Shown: positions 27,821-36,345 of the stretch, piece after piece
Layout of the letters: each line of letters begins with the position of its first letter
How positions within the stretch are numbered: the first letter of the stretch is position 1
Assembly: GCA_964612415.1 (NCBI GenBank)
Contig: CAZTCT010000001.1
Span: 71,955-135,954, forward strand
DNA length: 64,000 nt
Direction: 5' to 3'
DNA from: an uncultured Candidatus Saccharibacteria bacterium
GTDB taxonomy: Bacteria; Patescibacteriota; Minisyncoccia; Phycocordibacterales; CAYRGE01
Made by a program: the position numbers and the translations under genes
Notes under the pieces: generated by a model
Seen by the model: only the letters and a program-made list of their open reading frames with translations
Databases searched by the model: none
Told to the model about the DNA's origin: nothing

Positions 27821-29002
27821 TTAGGAGAGCTCCTCTATACGCGCACGCATCTCCTCCTCTTTCTTAACGGCTTCGTTGTATGAAGGCTCAAGCTTTTCAA
27901 TTGCAGCGTTCAAAGAAGCAAGCTCTTGCTCAACACCCCATCGCTTCTCTTCTATTGCCTTGCGTGCCTTCTCTGCTTCCCAACGTTTCTCTTCAAACTC
28001 TTTTTGCTCGGCTGGTGTCGCAGCACCTTGCTCACTTTGATCAAGTGTCTGCTTCTTTATCTCAAGTTCACGCTCTTCTTTTGTGAGCGGAGAAAGTTCG
28101 TTCTCTGCAGCAGAGCGCTTTGCGTGGAGGTCTTTCCACTCCCCTTCAAGCTGATTCTTTTTCTCTGCGATTTCTACCAGCGCGATCTCAAGGCGCTTTT
28201 TCTCGTGCATTTTCTCAAGGGTGTCCCCGCGCTCATCAAGTTCTTTTTCTTGTTCGGCAAGTTGGGCAATCTCAGCTTCCTTCTCTCGTACGCGGGCGAG
28301 CACATCTTCTGCCTGCTTTTCCACTCCCCATTTCTCTTGCTCGGTCTTTCTGCGAGTCTCTTCTTTGTCCCAACGAGTTTGTTCTATTGCGTGGCGTTCT
28401 TCAGGAGTTTTTGCGCCTTGCTCTTTTGTTTCAATTGCGACAATTTCTTTTTCAATAGTCGCTTCGCGCTCTTTGATAGGAGCAAGTTGAGCCAAAATAG
28501 TTTTCTGCTCTTCTTGGAGCTGTGTGAATGCGTCTACAAGAGGCTTCTTCTTATGGAAAAGAGTTTTACGATCTTCTGCAAGTTTACTCTGCTGACCTTC
28601 TATGGTCGCGAGTTCTTCCTGGAGAAGATCTTTTTTGTGTTGTCCTGCATCTGCTTGAGCCTCCTCGGGGATCATCTCGGTATTAGGAGCAAGCTCTTGT
28701 TCTGTGCCAGTCTTTTTGGCAAGTGAAGGAAGCTCTTCTTTTGGTTGTGGTGCTTCCTGAGGCTCTTCCTGTTCTTCTTCAATCTCAGGCGCTTCAACAG
28801 GAGTCTCTTCCTCTTTCTCTTCCGGCTTGGGTGGCTCTGGAGCCTCTATCTTCTCCTCCTCTTCCACAGCAGCAGGCTCTTTTGGTTTGTCCCCTGACTG
28901 TGCACTTGAGAGATCAGACTGGAATGTTCGGATAACAGGAGAAGGGCCATCTTGCACCTCTTCTTCGTCACCATCTTTCTTTTTGTCTTGATGTGAAACC
29001 AT
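27821..29002 (-). CDS. acidic coiled-coil protein with internal ~70-aa repeats
   Basis: 393 aa, E/K-rich. Repeats seen by eye include ...TPEERHAIEQTRWDKEETRRKTEQEKWGVEKQAED... and ...TPAEQKEFEEKRWEAEKARKAIEEKRWGVEQELAS... Confidence 0.6.
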   Translation of the reverse strand: MVSHQDKKKDGDEEEVQDGPSPVIRTFQSDLSSAQSGDKPKEPAAVEEEEKIEAPEPPKPEEKEEETPVEAPEIEEEQEEPQEAPQPKEELPSLAKKTGTEQELAPNTEMIPEEAQADAGQHKKDLLQEELATIEGQQSKLAEDRKTLFHKKKPLVDAFTQLQEEQKTILAQLAPIKEREATIEKEIVAIETKEQGAKTPEERHAIEQTRWDKEETRRKTEQEKWGVEKQAEDVLARVREKEAEIAQLAEQEKELDERGDTLEKMHEKKRLEIALVEIAEKKNQLEGEWKDLHAKRSAAENELSPLTKEERELEIKKQTLDQSEQGAATPAEQKEFEEKRWEAEKARKAIEEKRWGVEQELASLNAAIEKLEPSYNEAVKKEEEMRARIEELS

Positions 29003-29019
29003 TTAATTTATAGGGTACG

Positions 29020-31125
29020 CTATTTTGGCTGTTTTACAAAATCTGGGTCTGCGTCTTTGATAGAAAGACTGATGCGTCCGCGTTCTTTGTCTACGTCTTT
29101 GACCACCACCGGGACACGGTCCCCTTCTTTCAATACATCAGAAATTTTTTCAATGTGAAATGGCGCGATCTCTGAAATATGCACAAGGCCATCAGCGTTT
29201 GGACTAAGTGATACGATCGCGCCGAAATCAAGGAGTTTCTCGACCACCCCTTCTACTCGCTCCCCTGGCTTGTACTCGTGGGTGAGGGATTCAATGATAG
29301 AAAGTCCTTTTTCAGCAGAACCATCTTTTCCTGTTACAAAAATACGGCCGTCGTCATTGATGTCTACCTGCGCAGAGCTCTCGTCCATTATTTTCTTGAT
29401 GGTCTTTCCACCGCTGCCAATAACGAGACCGATCTTGTCTGTAGGGATGGTCATAGTGAGGATGCGAGGGGCGCTCTTCGCGAGTTCTGAACGTGGAGCA
29501 GGAAGAGTGTTCTCAATGACAGAGAGAATCTCTAGGCGCGCTTCTTTTGCGCGAGCGAATGCTTCTGTCAGTATCGCAAGTGATACACCGGATACTTTGA
29601 CATCCATTTGCACCGCAGTAATACCCGTCCTTGTCCCTGCTACTTTGAAATCCATATCACCATAATGATCTTCTGGTCCTTGGATGTCGGTGAGGACGAC
29701 ATACTCTTTCTCATTTCTGTACATGAGTCCCATTGCGATACCCGCGACAGGCGCTTTGATAGGGACGCCCGCGTCCATGAGTGCGAGCGTGCTTGCGCAT
29801 GTAGACGCCATTGAAGATGAACCGTTTGATGCAAACACCTCAGATACGATACGGATAACATACGGAAATGCATCTTCGCCCGGTATGACATACGAGAGTG
29901 CTTTCTCTGCAAGCGCGCCGTGGCCAATCATGCGGCGGTTTACTCCCATGCGTCCCGTCTCACCTGTTGAGAATGGCGGGAAGTTGTAATGGTGCATGAA
30001 TCGTTTCTCGCTCTGCTCCTCCATGCCATCAATGATTTGTGTGTCTTGCGGTCCGCCGAGTGTGAGTACAGACAACACATGCGTTCCGCCTCTATAGAAA
30101 ATACCCGTGCCGTGCAATATTTCAGAAATTCCTCCAGCTTGCGCGAAGAGCGGACGGATGGTTTTTGCGTCACGTCCGTCTGCGCGCTTGCCCTCATCAA
30201 TCGCCGCGCGATGCACCTCTGCGTCAACGCGTTCTTCCCAAAGGAATAGTGCATGTGATTCTGCGATATCGGGAAGTTTCTCAGCACACAGCGTAAACCA
30301 CTCTTTCTTAAGCGCAGAGAGAGTTTTGTCAGTGTTGTCTGAAAAAATAGCCGCAGAGAGACGTGGCGCTATTTCTTGCGCGAATAATTCTTTAAGGGAA
30401 TCTTCTGGGGCATCATAAGAAATCTCGGCTTTCTCTTTGCCTATCTTTGCAATGATTTCCTTTTGAAAGGCGCATAATTTCTCAATCTCTTTGAGACCCT
30501 GAGTCAGTACAGCAACCGCCGTGTCCTCGGGGATTTCTCCGGCCCCCATTTCAATCATGTTAATCGTCCCCTCTTTCCCACACACGATCGCTTCAAGCGA
30601 GAGTGCACGGTCGGCGCGCTCTTTGTATGTAGGATTTACAATGATCTCTCCATTTTGTGCGATTCCCATGCGCACACCGCCGACGGGACCGTTCCAAGGA
30701 ATATCAGAAACTGAAAGTGCAAGAGAGGCACCCACGAGACCTAAAATATCCGGATCATCGTCTCCCATAGAGAGAACGGTGGCCACCACATGTACCTCAT
30801 TTCTCATGTAGTCAGGGAAAAGTGGGCGGATGGTGCGGTCAATTACGCGGCCAGAGAGTGTTGCTTCTTCTGTCGGCTTTGTTTCGCGACGCACGAATCT
30901 GCTTCCCAAGATTTGTCCTGCTGCATAAAACTTTTCTTCAAAATCTACTGAGAGTGGGAAATAATCAACACCGGACTTTTTGCCTTCAGACATGACTGCG
31001 GTTACTAGTACCACTGTGTTGCCGTAGCGGATGGTCACGGACCCATTGGTTTGATCTGCCAAGTCGGTGAACTCTGCTATCAATGTCTTTCCTCCAAATT
31101 CTGTTTCAAATCGCGTGCTTTTCAT
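29020..31125 (-). CDS. pnp: polyribonucleotide nucleotidyltransferase (PNPase)
   Basis: 701 aa, two RNase PH domains plus C-terminal KH (GGKTIKKIMDESSA) and S1 (GERVEGVVEKLLDFGAIVSL) domains. Confidence 0.95.
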   Translation of the reverse strand: MKSTRFETEFGGKTLIAEFTDLADQTNGSVTIRYGNTVVLVTAVMSEGKKSGVDYFPLSVDFEEKFYAAGQILGSRFVRRETKPTEEATLSGRVIDRTIRPLFPDYMRNEVHVVATVLSMGDDDPDILGLVGASLALSVSDIPWNGPVGGVRMGIAQNGEIIVNPTYKERADRALSLEAIVCGKEGTINMIEMGAGEIPEDTAVAVLTQGLKEIEKLCAFQKEIIAKIGKEKAEISYDAPEDSLKELFAQEIAPRLSAAIFSDNTDKTLSALKKEWFTLCAEKLPDIAESHALFLWEERVDAEVHRAAIDEGKRADGRDAKTIRPLFAQAGGISEILHGTGIFYRGGTHVLSVLTLGGPQDTQIIDGMEEQSEKRFMHHYNFPPFSTGETGRMGVNRRMIGHGALAEKALSYVIPGEDAFPYVIRIVSEVFASNGSSSMASTCASTLALMDAGVPIKAPVAGIAMGLMYRNEKEYVVLTDIQGPEDHYGDMDFKVAGTRTGITAVQMDVKVSGVSLAILTEAFARAKEARLEILSVIENTLPAPRSELAKSAPRILTMTIPTDKIGLVIGSGGKTIKKIMDESSAQVDINDDGRIFVTGKDGSAEKGLSIIESLTHEYKPGERVEGVVEKLLDFGAIVSLSPNADGLVHISEIAPFHIEKISDVLKEGDRVPVVVKDVDKERGRISLSIKDADPDFVKQPK

Positions 31126-31176
31126 ATGAGTCTAATATACAAAACAACCCGTTTATTATTCCGGCTAGTGAGAATG

Positions 31177-31279
31177 CAAAATGAAAACTTGTTTTCATTT
31201 TGTTCGAGCGACGACGGAATATAAGGGTAGGATACCGTGTGCCCCAAACACACGCAAGGAGCGGTTTGTCCGCTCCTTG
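31177..31279. promoter_or_regulatory. pnp 5' leader region with two perfect inverted repeats
   Basis: Palindrome CAAAATGAAAAC-TT-GTTTTCATTTTG at 31177..31202. A 10-bp stem-loop CAAGGAGCGG-TTTGT-CCGCTCCTTG at 31255..31279. No U-tract follows on either strand. Confidence 0.35.
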
Positions 31280-31347
31280 TAAGTAACGCTCTGTAAGACA
31301 CCGCTTTTATACGGGTTGTTTGTGTTCATCACCAGTGATGCGCGTAT

Positions 31348-31893
31348 TTATTTTTTGCGAGAAGTGGTACTGCGTCCTCCCCCATTGCCAAGCATGAGAT
31401 ACTTCTTGGGCTCTTCACAGAGATCCACGAAGTCGTCTACTGCTTCCTTGAGCTTCGCAGATGCTGATTTACCGAATGCGATAACCTCTACTTGTACGCC
31501 CATTGCGTACTGGAGATGCTCTACAAGCGGAACGAAGTCTCCGTCTCCAGAGACAATGACCACCGCATCAAGTTTGGGAGCGAAGCGGATCGCGTCTACC
31601 GCAAGTCCTACGTCCCAGTCGGCCTTCTTTGCTCCGCCGTAAAAGATCTGGAGATCCTTTACGCGTGTTTCAATGCCGAATTTCTCAAGTGCCTCAAAAA
31701 AACCGCGCTCTTCCCCACTTTCTGTGGAGATGACATACGCAATAGCGCGTACGAGTTGGCGATTCTGGACTGCTTCCTTGAGTACTGCTCCGAAATTGAC
31801 TCGGGCTTTATAAAGGTGCTTTGCACTGTGATAAAGATTCTGTGTGTCAATAAAAATGCCGACACGCTGTTCCTTATGTTTAATAACTGCCAT
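31348..31893 (-). CDS. NYN/LabA-like (PIN-fold) domain protein
   Basis: 181 aa, VGIFIDTQNLYHSAK...VIVSGDGDFVPLVEHLQ is typical of the NYN (DUF88) domain. Confidence 0.75.
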   Translation of the reverse strand: MAVIKHKEQRVGIFIDTQNLYHSAKHLYKARVNFGAVLKEAVQNRQLVRAIAYVISTESGEERGFFEALEKFGIETRVKDLQIFYGGAKKADWDVGLAVDAIRFAPKLDAVVIVSGDGDFVPLVEHLQYAMGVQVEVIAFGKSASAKLKEAVDDFVDLCEEPKKYLMLGNGGGRSTTSRKK

Positions 31894-31996
31894 AAATAAA
31901 AATTAAAAATCTTTTAAAAACTCATCACGCAAAAATGCGCATGAGCAGCTCACACGAAACGAAGAGAAAATATAGGAAAAAATTGCTTAAATAAAA

Positions 31997-32275
31997 TTAT
32001 TTAAGCCCAAGCTTCTTTATGATTTTGTTGTAGCGCGCTTCGTCCTTGCGCTTGAGATAGCGCATATGCTTCTGACGATCAGCAACCATCTGCAAAAGGC
32101 CCCTTCGGGAATGATGGTCTTTGTTGTGCTTTTTGAGGTGTAGCGCAAGCTCGCCGATACGTTCGGTCAAAATAGCGATCTGGACCTCAGGAGAACCTGT
32201 GTCCTTATCGTGCTTCTTTGCTTCATTTACAACCTTTACTTTCTTCTGTTTTGTAAGCATATCACTATTATACAA
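31997..32275 (-). CDS. rpsO: 30S ribosomal protein S15
   Basis: 92 aa, [49 protein letters not shown]. Canonical rpsO-(gene)-pnp order. Confidence 0.9.
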   Translation of the reverse strand: MYNSDMLTKQKKVKVVNEAKKHDKDTGSPEVQIAILTERIGELALHLKKHNKDHHSRRGLLQMVADRQKHMRYLKRKDEARYNKIIKKLGLK

Positions 32276-32441
32276 TGAAAAATAAAAAACGCAAGTCCCT
32301 TTATAGAAACGCCCCTAAAATGGGGCTTTCGATGAGGTTTTCTCTTGTTTCTTGGGGTGTATCTTATCACACCATAGGCATTTTGCAACCTCCCCTATGC
32401 TATACTTTTCATATTGTGCGACATAAGAAAAAGATCTCCCC

Positions 32442-33356
32442 ATGACACTTTCCGAGCTCAAAAAGCAATTTCTTGAATATCTTGAGATTGAACGCGGGCG
32501 AAGCATGAAGACGGTAGAAAATTATGATCGCTATGTCTCGCGGTTCCTTGAGCAGACGGGTGCTGCTTCCCCATCGGATATCACCGACGATACGGTGCGT
32601 ACATTTCGTCTCTGGCTCAATCGTCAGAAGACGATAGATTCAACGCTCAAAAAGCGCACACAAAATTATTATCTTATTGCCCTACGGGCGTTTCTCAAGT
32701 ACATGGCGTATAGAAACATCCCTTCCCTTCCTGCGTCACGCATTGAACTTGCAAAGACTCCTGGGCGTGAACTTGACCTTATCTCTGCAGATGAACTTGA
32801 GCGGTTGCTCGCTGCGCCCTCGGGCGATTCGCTCCAAGAGTTACGTGATCGCGCCCTCCTTGAGATGCTCTTCTCTACCGGGTTGCGCGTATCAGAGCTC
32901 TGTGGTCTTCCTCGCGACCTAGACCTCTCAAAAGACGAATTCTCTGTGCGTGGTAAGGGTGAAAAAGTGCGCGTAGTATTTCTCTCTGATACAGCAAAAG
33001 GGGCTCTCAAAAAATATCTTGCAGCTCGCAAGGATATAGACGATGCCATGTTTATTCGCCTAGGAAGAAAAGCAAGTACTGGGACGAAAAAGGGAGAAAA
33101 TTTGCGCATCACTCCCCGCTCGGTAGAGCGGCTTGTGGCGCACTATGCGATCAAAGCCGGTATTTCAAAAAAAGTAACTCCGCACGTTATACGGCATAGC
33201 TTCGCGACAGACCTTCTTTCAAATGGCGCAGATCTTCGCTCTGTACAAGCACTCCTTGGTCATTCAAATATCACTACCACACAGGTATATACGCACGTGA
33301 CAGACAAACAGCTACGCGAGATTCATAAAAATTTTCACGGCAAGAGGAGGAAATAA
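32442..33356 (+). CDS. tyrosine site-specific recombinase, XerC/XerD-like
   Basis: 304 aa, catalytic region HVIRHSFATDLLSNGADLRSVQALLGHSNITTTQVYTHV (R..H..R..Y). Confidence 0.85.
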   Translation: MTLSELKKQFLEYLEIERGRSMKTVENYDRYVSRFLEQTGAASPSDITDDTVRTFRLWLNRQKTIDSTLKKRTQNYYLIALRAFLKYMAYRNIPSLPASRIELAKTPGRELDLISADELERLLAAPSGDSLQELRDRALLEMLFSTGLRVSELCGLPRDLDLSKDEFSVRGKGEKVRVVFLSDTAKGALKKYLAARKDIDDAMFIRLGRKASTGTKKGENLRITPRSVERLVAHYAIKAGISKKVTPHVIRHSFATDLLSNGADLRSVQALLGHSNITTTQVYTHVTDKQLREIHKNFHGKRRK

Positions 33357-33360
33357 AAAA

Positions 33361-33385
33361 GCCGCGCTCGATGTTCGAGCGCGGC
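33361..33385. terminator. bidirectional hairpin GCCGCGCTCGA-TGT-TCGAGCGCGGC flanked by A-run and T-run
   Basis: Perfect 11-bp stem between the convergent recombinase gene and the small-ORF island. Confidence 0.6.
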
Positions 33386-33392
33386 CACTCTT

Positions 33393-33668
33393 TTAGTGCT
33401 CCGTCCCCTTTCCTTCCAGGGTCTTGAGTATGTCCGTGAGTCCGCCAATGATATTGGCATCATGGAGTTTTTTCCGCTGAATGGTTTCTTGCATCTCGTA
33501 TTCTTGTTGCTGCAAGTTACCAATCTCGGCATCAGGAACAACAAATATTCCATGTGCTTCAAGGAGAATCCGTCCACGGCTCAGCGCTTTATCCAAAGGA
33601 ATATTTTCCTTCTGGGAAATCATGGCGCACTGCTGCCGGAATATCTTTTCAGACATGAACTGTGTCAT
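33393..33668 (-). CDS. small hypothetical protein, paralog B of a tandem pair
   Basis: MTQFMSEKIFRQQCAMISQKENIPLDKALSRGRILLEAHGIFVVPDAEIGNL... aligns with paralog A (MSEESFEEWCQDIAKKHDKPIEDVRIAARITLQEHGIQIGLPMEERIRRA). Start set at an internal Met. Confidence 0.45.
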   Translation of the reverse strand: MTQFMSEKIFRQQCAMISQKENIPLDKALSRGRILLEAHGIFVVPDAEIGNLQQQEYEMQETIQRKKLHDANIIGGLTDILKTLEGKGTEH

Positions 33669-33915
33669 TCTCTCCCCCGTCAAAGAGCAGGGTCTCTTTG
33701 TCAGGTCCCAAAAGACCCTTTTCATACAGGCCTTCAATGACTACCATCTCTGCCGCTCGTATCTGGGCGCGGCGTATTCTCTCTTCCATGGGCAATCCAA
33801 TCTGGATGCCGTGTTCCTGAAGTGTTATGCGTGCTGCTATCCGGACATCCTCAATTGGCTTGTCATGTTTTTTTGCAATGTCCTGGCACCATTCTTCGAA
33901 GCTCTCTTCACTCAT
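33649..33915 (-). CDS. small hypothetical protein, paralog A of a tandem pair
   Basis: Approximately 88 aa (start at 33915 within track ORF 33649..33927). Shares the MSEx-F..-C..I.-K...P.......I.L.EHGI pattern with paralog B; overlaps it by a few nt. Confidence 0.45.
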   Translation of the reverse strand: MSEESFEEWCQDIAKKHDKPIEDVRIAARITLQEHGIQIGLPMEERIRRAQIRAAEMVVIEGLYEKGLLGPDKETLLFDGGENDTVHV

Positions 33916-34053
33916 ATATCCGCTCACGATACCCCCTCCTTCCGTTTCAAAGACGCATCATACCCGAGCAAAACTAAGGCGATTCTAGCATAAATAATGT
34001 TATTCTTCATCCTTAAAAAAATCGCACCTATGGTAGGTGCGATCAACAAATAT

Positions 34054-34311
34054 TTAATTGCCGTACAAATCCTGGCGTATGTAATCTCTCGCCTCGCGCA
34101 TACTTATAATGCGCTCACGCAATCTTTTCTCGAGCTTATCCAGTTCACCCAAATTCATCTGACGAGGTTCGCCAAGGCTTACCCCATTGCATTGCAAAAT
34201 AGAGCGTAATTCTGAAGCCTGATGGTCCAAAGGAAGATCGCCAGCGTCGTTTTGCATGCATCTGAGCATGTGGTCAAACATATCTTGCGTGATAAAGAGC
34301 ATCGCCTGCAT
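34054..34311 (-). CDS. small hypothetical protein
   Basis: 85 aa ORF in the same minus-strand island. No similarity seen to its neighbours. Confidence 0.35.
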   Translation of the reverse strand: MQAMLFITQDMFDHMLRCMQNDAGDLPLDHQASELRSILQCNGVSLGEPRQMNLGELDKLEKRLRERIISMREARDYIRQDLYGN

Positions 34312-34328
34312 GACACCTCTCCTTTGTG

Positions 34329-34682
34329 CTATATGGATTCAAGCCATTTCCGGACACTTTCGTCTGTGTGAGGAGATAAAAGCACCTCCCCTTCCCCGAG
34401 CTCTTCCTTCGAATGAAAGTCCAGCAAACACATGAGCTCTCTTATTTTGTCATCTGGAACAATGAGCCACCCTACTTCGGCAAAATAATCGCGAGCAATA
34501 GCCTCTGCATGAAGATAAGAGTGCTCCGTTTTTGTCTTTCTGAGTAAGTGGGAGCACACTCCGTAGCAGATGCTAACGAATTCACTTTCTGAGAAAATGC
34601 ACAAATTTTCACCCGTTGGACATTCAATCGTAAGGTGGGAAACAAACATCTTCTCATCTCTCGGCGCAGTGAAGTTAGACAC
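34329..34682 (-). CDS. small Cys-containing hypothetical protein, possibly a distant paralog of 33393-33915 pair
   Basis: 117 aa. FAEVGWLIVPDDKIRELMCLL resembles HGIFVVPDAEIGNLQQQ of paralog B. Confidence 0.4.
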   Translation of the reverse strand: MSNFTAPRDEKMFVSHLTIECPTGENLCIFSESEFVSICYGVCSHLLRKTKTEHSYLHAEAIARDYFAEVGWLIVPDDKIRELMCLLDFHSKEELGEGEVLLSPHTDESVRKWLESI

Positions 34683-34783
34683 GGCATGTTCTCCCTGGGA
34701 AGTGGTTTGCGTGCAGCAACTACCCGCACACTAGCACAGCCCTCCGTTTTTTCAATGGGAGATGTGGGTGCTACAATACGCAC

Positions 34784-35572
34784 ATGAAAATCGTTTCATG
34801 GAACGTAAATGGCCTTCGTGCAGTACATAAACGCGGGGATTTCATGAAATTCATCAAGAAGACGAAGCCAGACATCTTCTGTCTGCAAGAGATTAAAGCA
34901 GAAGACCACCAACTCCCTGATGAAATACGTGCTTTGTCCGGATACCACGCCTACTTCTCCTCCTCGCAAGGTAAAAAAGGATACAGTGGGGTAGCGCTCT
35001 ACACGAAAACAGAACCCGATGAAGTAATAAAGGGCATTGGCATTCCCCGCTTTGATCAGGAGGGGCGCATTGTGGGAGCTGTATTCGGGAATGTGGTGGT
35101 GCTCAATATCTACTTCCCCAATGGCGGAGGTGGTCCAGAGAGGCTCGCGTACAAGCTTGATTTCTACGATGCCTTTTTGGAATACATAGAGGACTTGCGC
35201 TCCAAAAACAAAAAAATCATCTTCTGCGGTGATGTCAATACAGCCCATGAGGCGATAGATCTTGCCCGTCCTAAAGAGAACGAAGAGAACACGGGGTTTC
35301 TCCCAGAGGAGCGCGCGTGGATAGATGAGGTTGTTTCACGGGGGTATATAGACATATTCAGGAAGCTTTATCCTAGCAAGGAGGGGGCCTATACGTATTG
35401 GGATATCAAGACGGCTGCCCGAGAGAGAAATGTAGGGTGGAGGATTGATTACTTTTTCATAGACCCCCGGGTGGCCCCCGCTGTGCAGAAAACAGGCATT
35501 CTATCGGACATATACGGCTCAGACCACTGTCCTATAGAGCTTGTCCTTGACGAGCAAAAGTTGCACATGTAA
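34784..35572 (+). CDS. xth: exodeoxyribonuclease III (AP endonuclease, Xth family)
   Basis: 262 aa, MKIVSWNVNGLRA...DIFCLQEIKA...GDVNTAHEAIDL...YTYWD...SDHCPI. Confidence 0.9.
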   Translation: MKIVSWNVNGLRAVHKRGDFMKFIKKTKPDIFCLQEIKAEDHQLPDEIRALSGYHAYFSSSQGKKGYSGVALYTKTEPDEVIKGIGIPRFDQEGRIVGAVFGNVVVLNIYFPNGGGGPERLAYKLDFYDAFLEYIEDLRSKNKKIIFCGDVNTAHEAIDLARPKENEENTGFLPEERAWIDEVVSRGYIDIFRKLYPSKEGAYTYWDIKTAARERNVGWRIDYFFIDPRVAPAVQKTGILSDIYGSDHCPIELVLDEQKLHM

Positions 35573-35685
35573 CACAAAATAGCTCGTCAAGACCTTGTAC
35601 CCCCCCTAAGGGAGTATTTTGGCACAAATGTTACATGTGTAACGATTACTCTAGTGCCCCGAGGCATGTCTTTATCGGGGGTAAT

Positions 35686-35822
35686 TGTTCCACGTGAAAC
35701 GTTTCACTCCTAGGCAGGACGCCAAAAAACCCTTATTTCTAGGCATTTCATAAATTCGAAATGTATGAGGTAGTAAGAAAAACGGCTCAACCGATCGGTT
35801 GAGCCGTTTTTGTGGTCCATGC
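35686..35822. repeat. intergenic module copy 1: CACGTG/GTGAAAC-GTTTCAC box, conserved 40-nt AGGCATTTCATAAATTYGAAATGTAYGAGG block, 34-nt palindromic terminator
   Basis: Box at 35691..35707, conserved block at 35740..35775, micro-ORF MYEVVRKTAQPIG at 35761..35802, palindrome at 35778..35811 (identical to 24898..24933). Confidence 0.7.
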
Positions 35823-36112
35823 CCCCAATCCTCGTGTTGTAGGGTTTTGTAGGTCGCCAAAACGAGGCTCGGCTACTGCTACTTAAAAAGTTTTCACGTG
35901 AAACGTTTTTGAGGCAGATTACGTAAAATTTTTTGATTGGTAGATTGGCATGAAGTGCCACACCCCCTGGGGACCCATCCTTTTGCACCGTTTCTTGAAT
36001 TTTGGAAATCCTGTCAAACAGACAGTACCCCTAGGGGGAGGCAAAATGTTAGTTTCCAATAAACGAGGGGGTATAGTCATTTTGTGGGCTTTCTACCGAG
36101 CGGACCTCTCCG

Positions 36113-36262
36113 CGAAACTGTTTCACATGTAACTTTTTATGGGGGTGGTCCCTTGATCTGGCATATACGCCCAAAAACCTATATTTTTCAGGCATTTCAT
36201 AAATTTGAAATGTACGAGGTGGTTAAAAAAGCGGGTCAATCATATGATTGACCCGCTTTTAT
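36113..36262. repeat. intergenic module copy 2, diverged paralog of 35686..35822
   Basis: GTTTCACATGTAAC box at 36120..36133, block AGGCATTTCATAAATTTGAAATGTACGAGG at 36190..36219, micro-ORF MYEVVKKAGQSYD at 36210..36251. The 36-nt perfect palindrome at 36225..36260 differs from copy 1 only by paired (compensatory) substitutions. Confidence 0.7.
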
Positions 36263-36345
36263 GCCACACCCCCTTATACTCTTGGCCTACTCCCATGGTA
36301 GTGTCTAGAGGTGAAACAGGATAAAATGTTTCACGTGAAAGGTTT

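Noticed and set aside
31977-31996. AT-only palindrome CTTAAATAA-AA-TTATTTAAG overlapping the rpsO stop as a terminator
   Set aside because: The stem consists only of A-T pairs and has no U-tract, so it is too weak to call a terminator.
32442-33356. Calling the tyrosine recombinase region an insertion sequence, prophage or other mobile element
   Set aside because: No transposase, no terminal inverted repeats, no phage structural genes and no flanking direct repeats were found around it. Only the adjacent small-ORF island is flagged as a finding.
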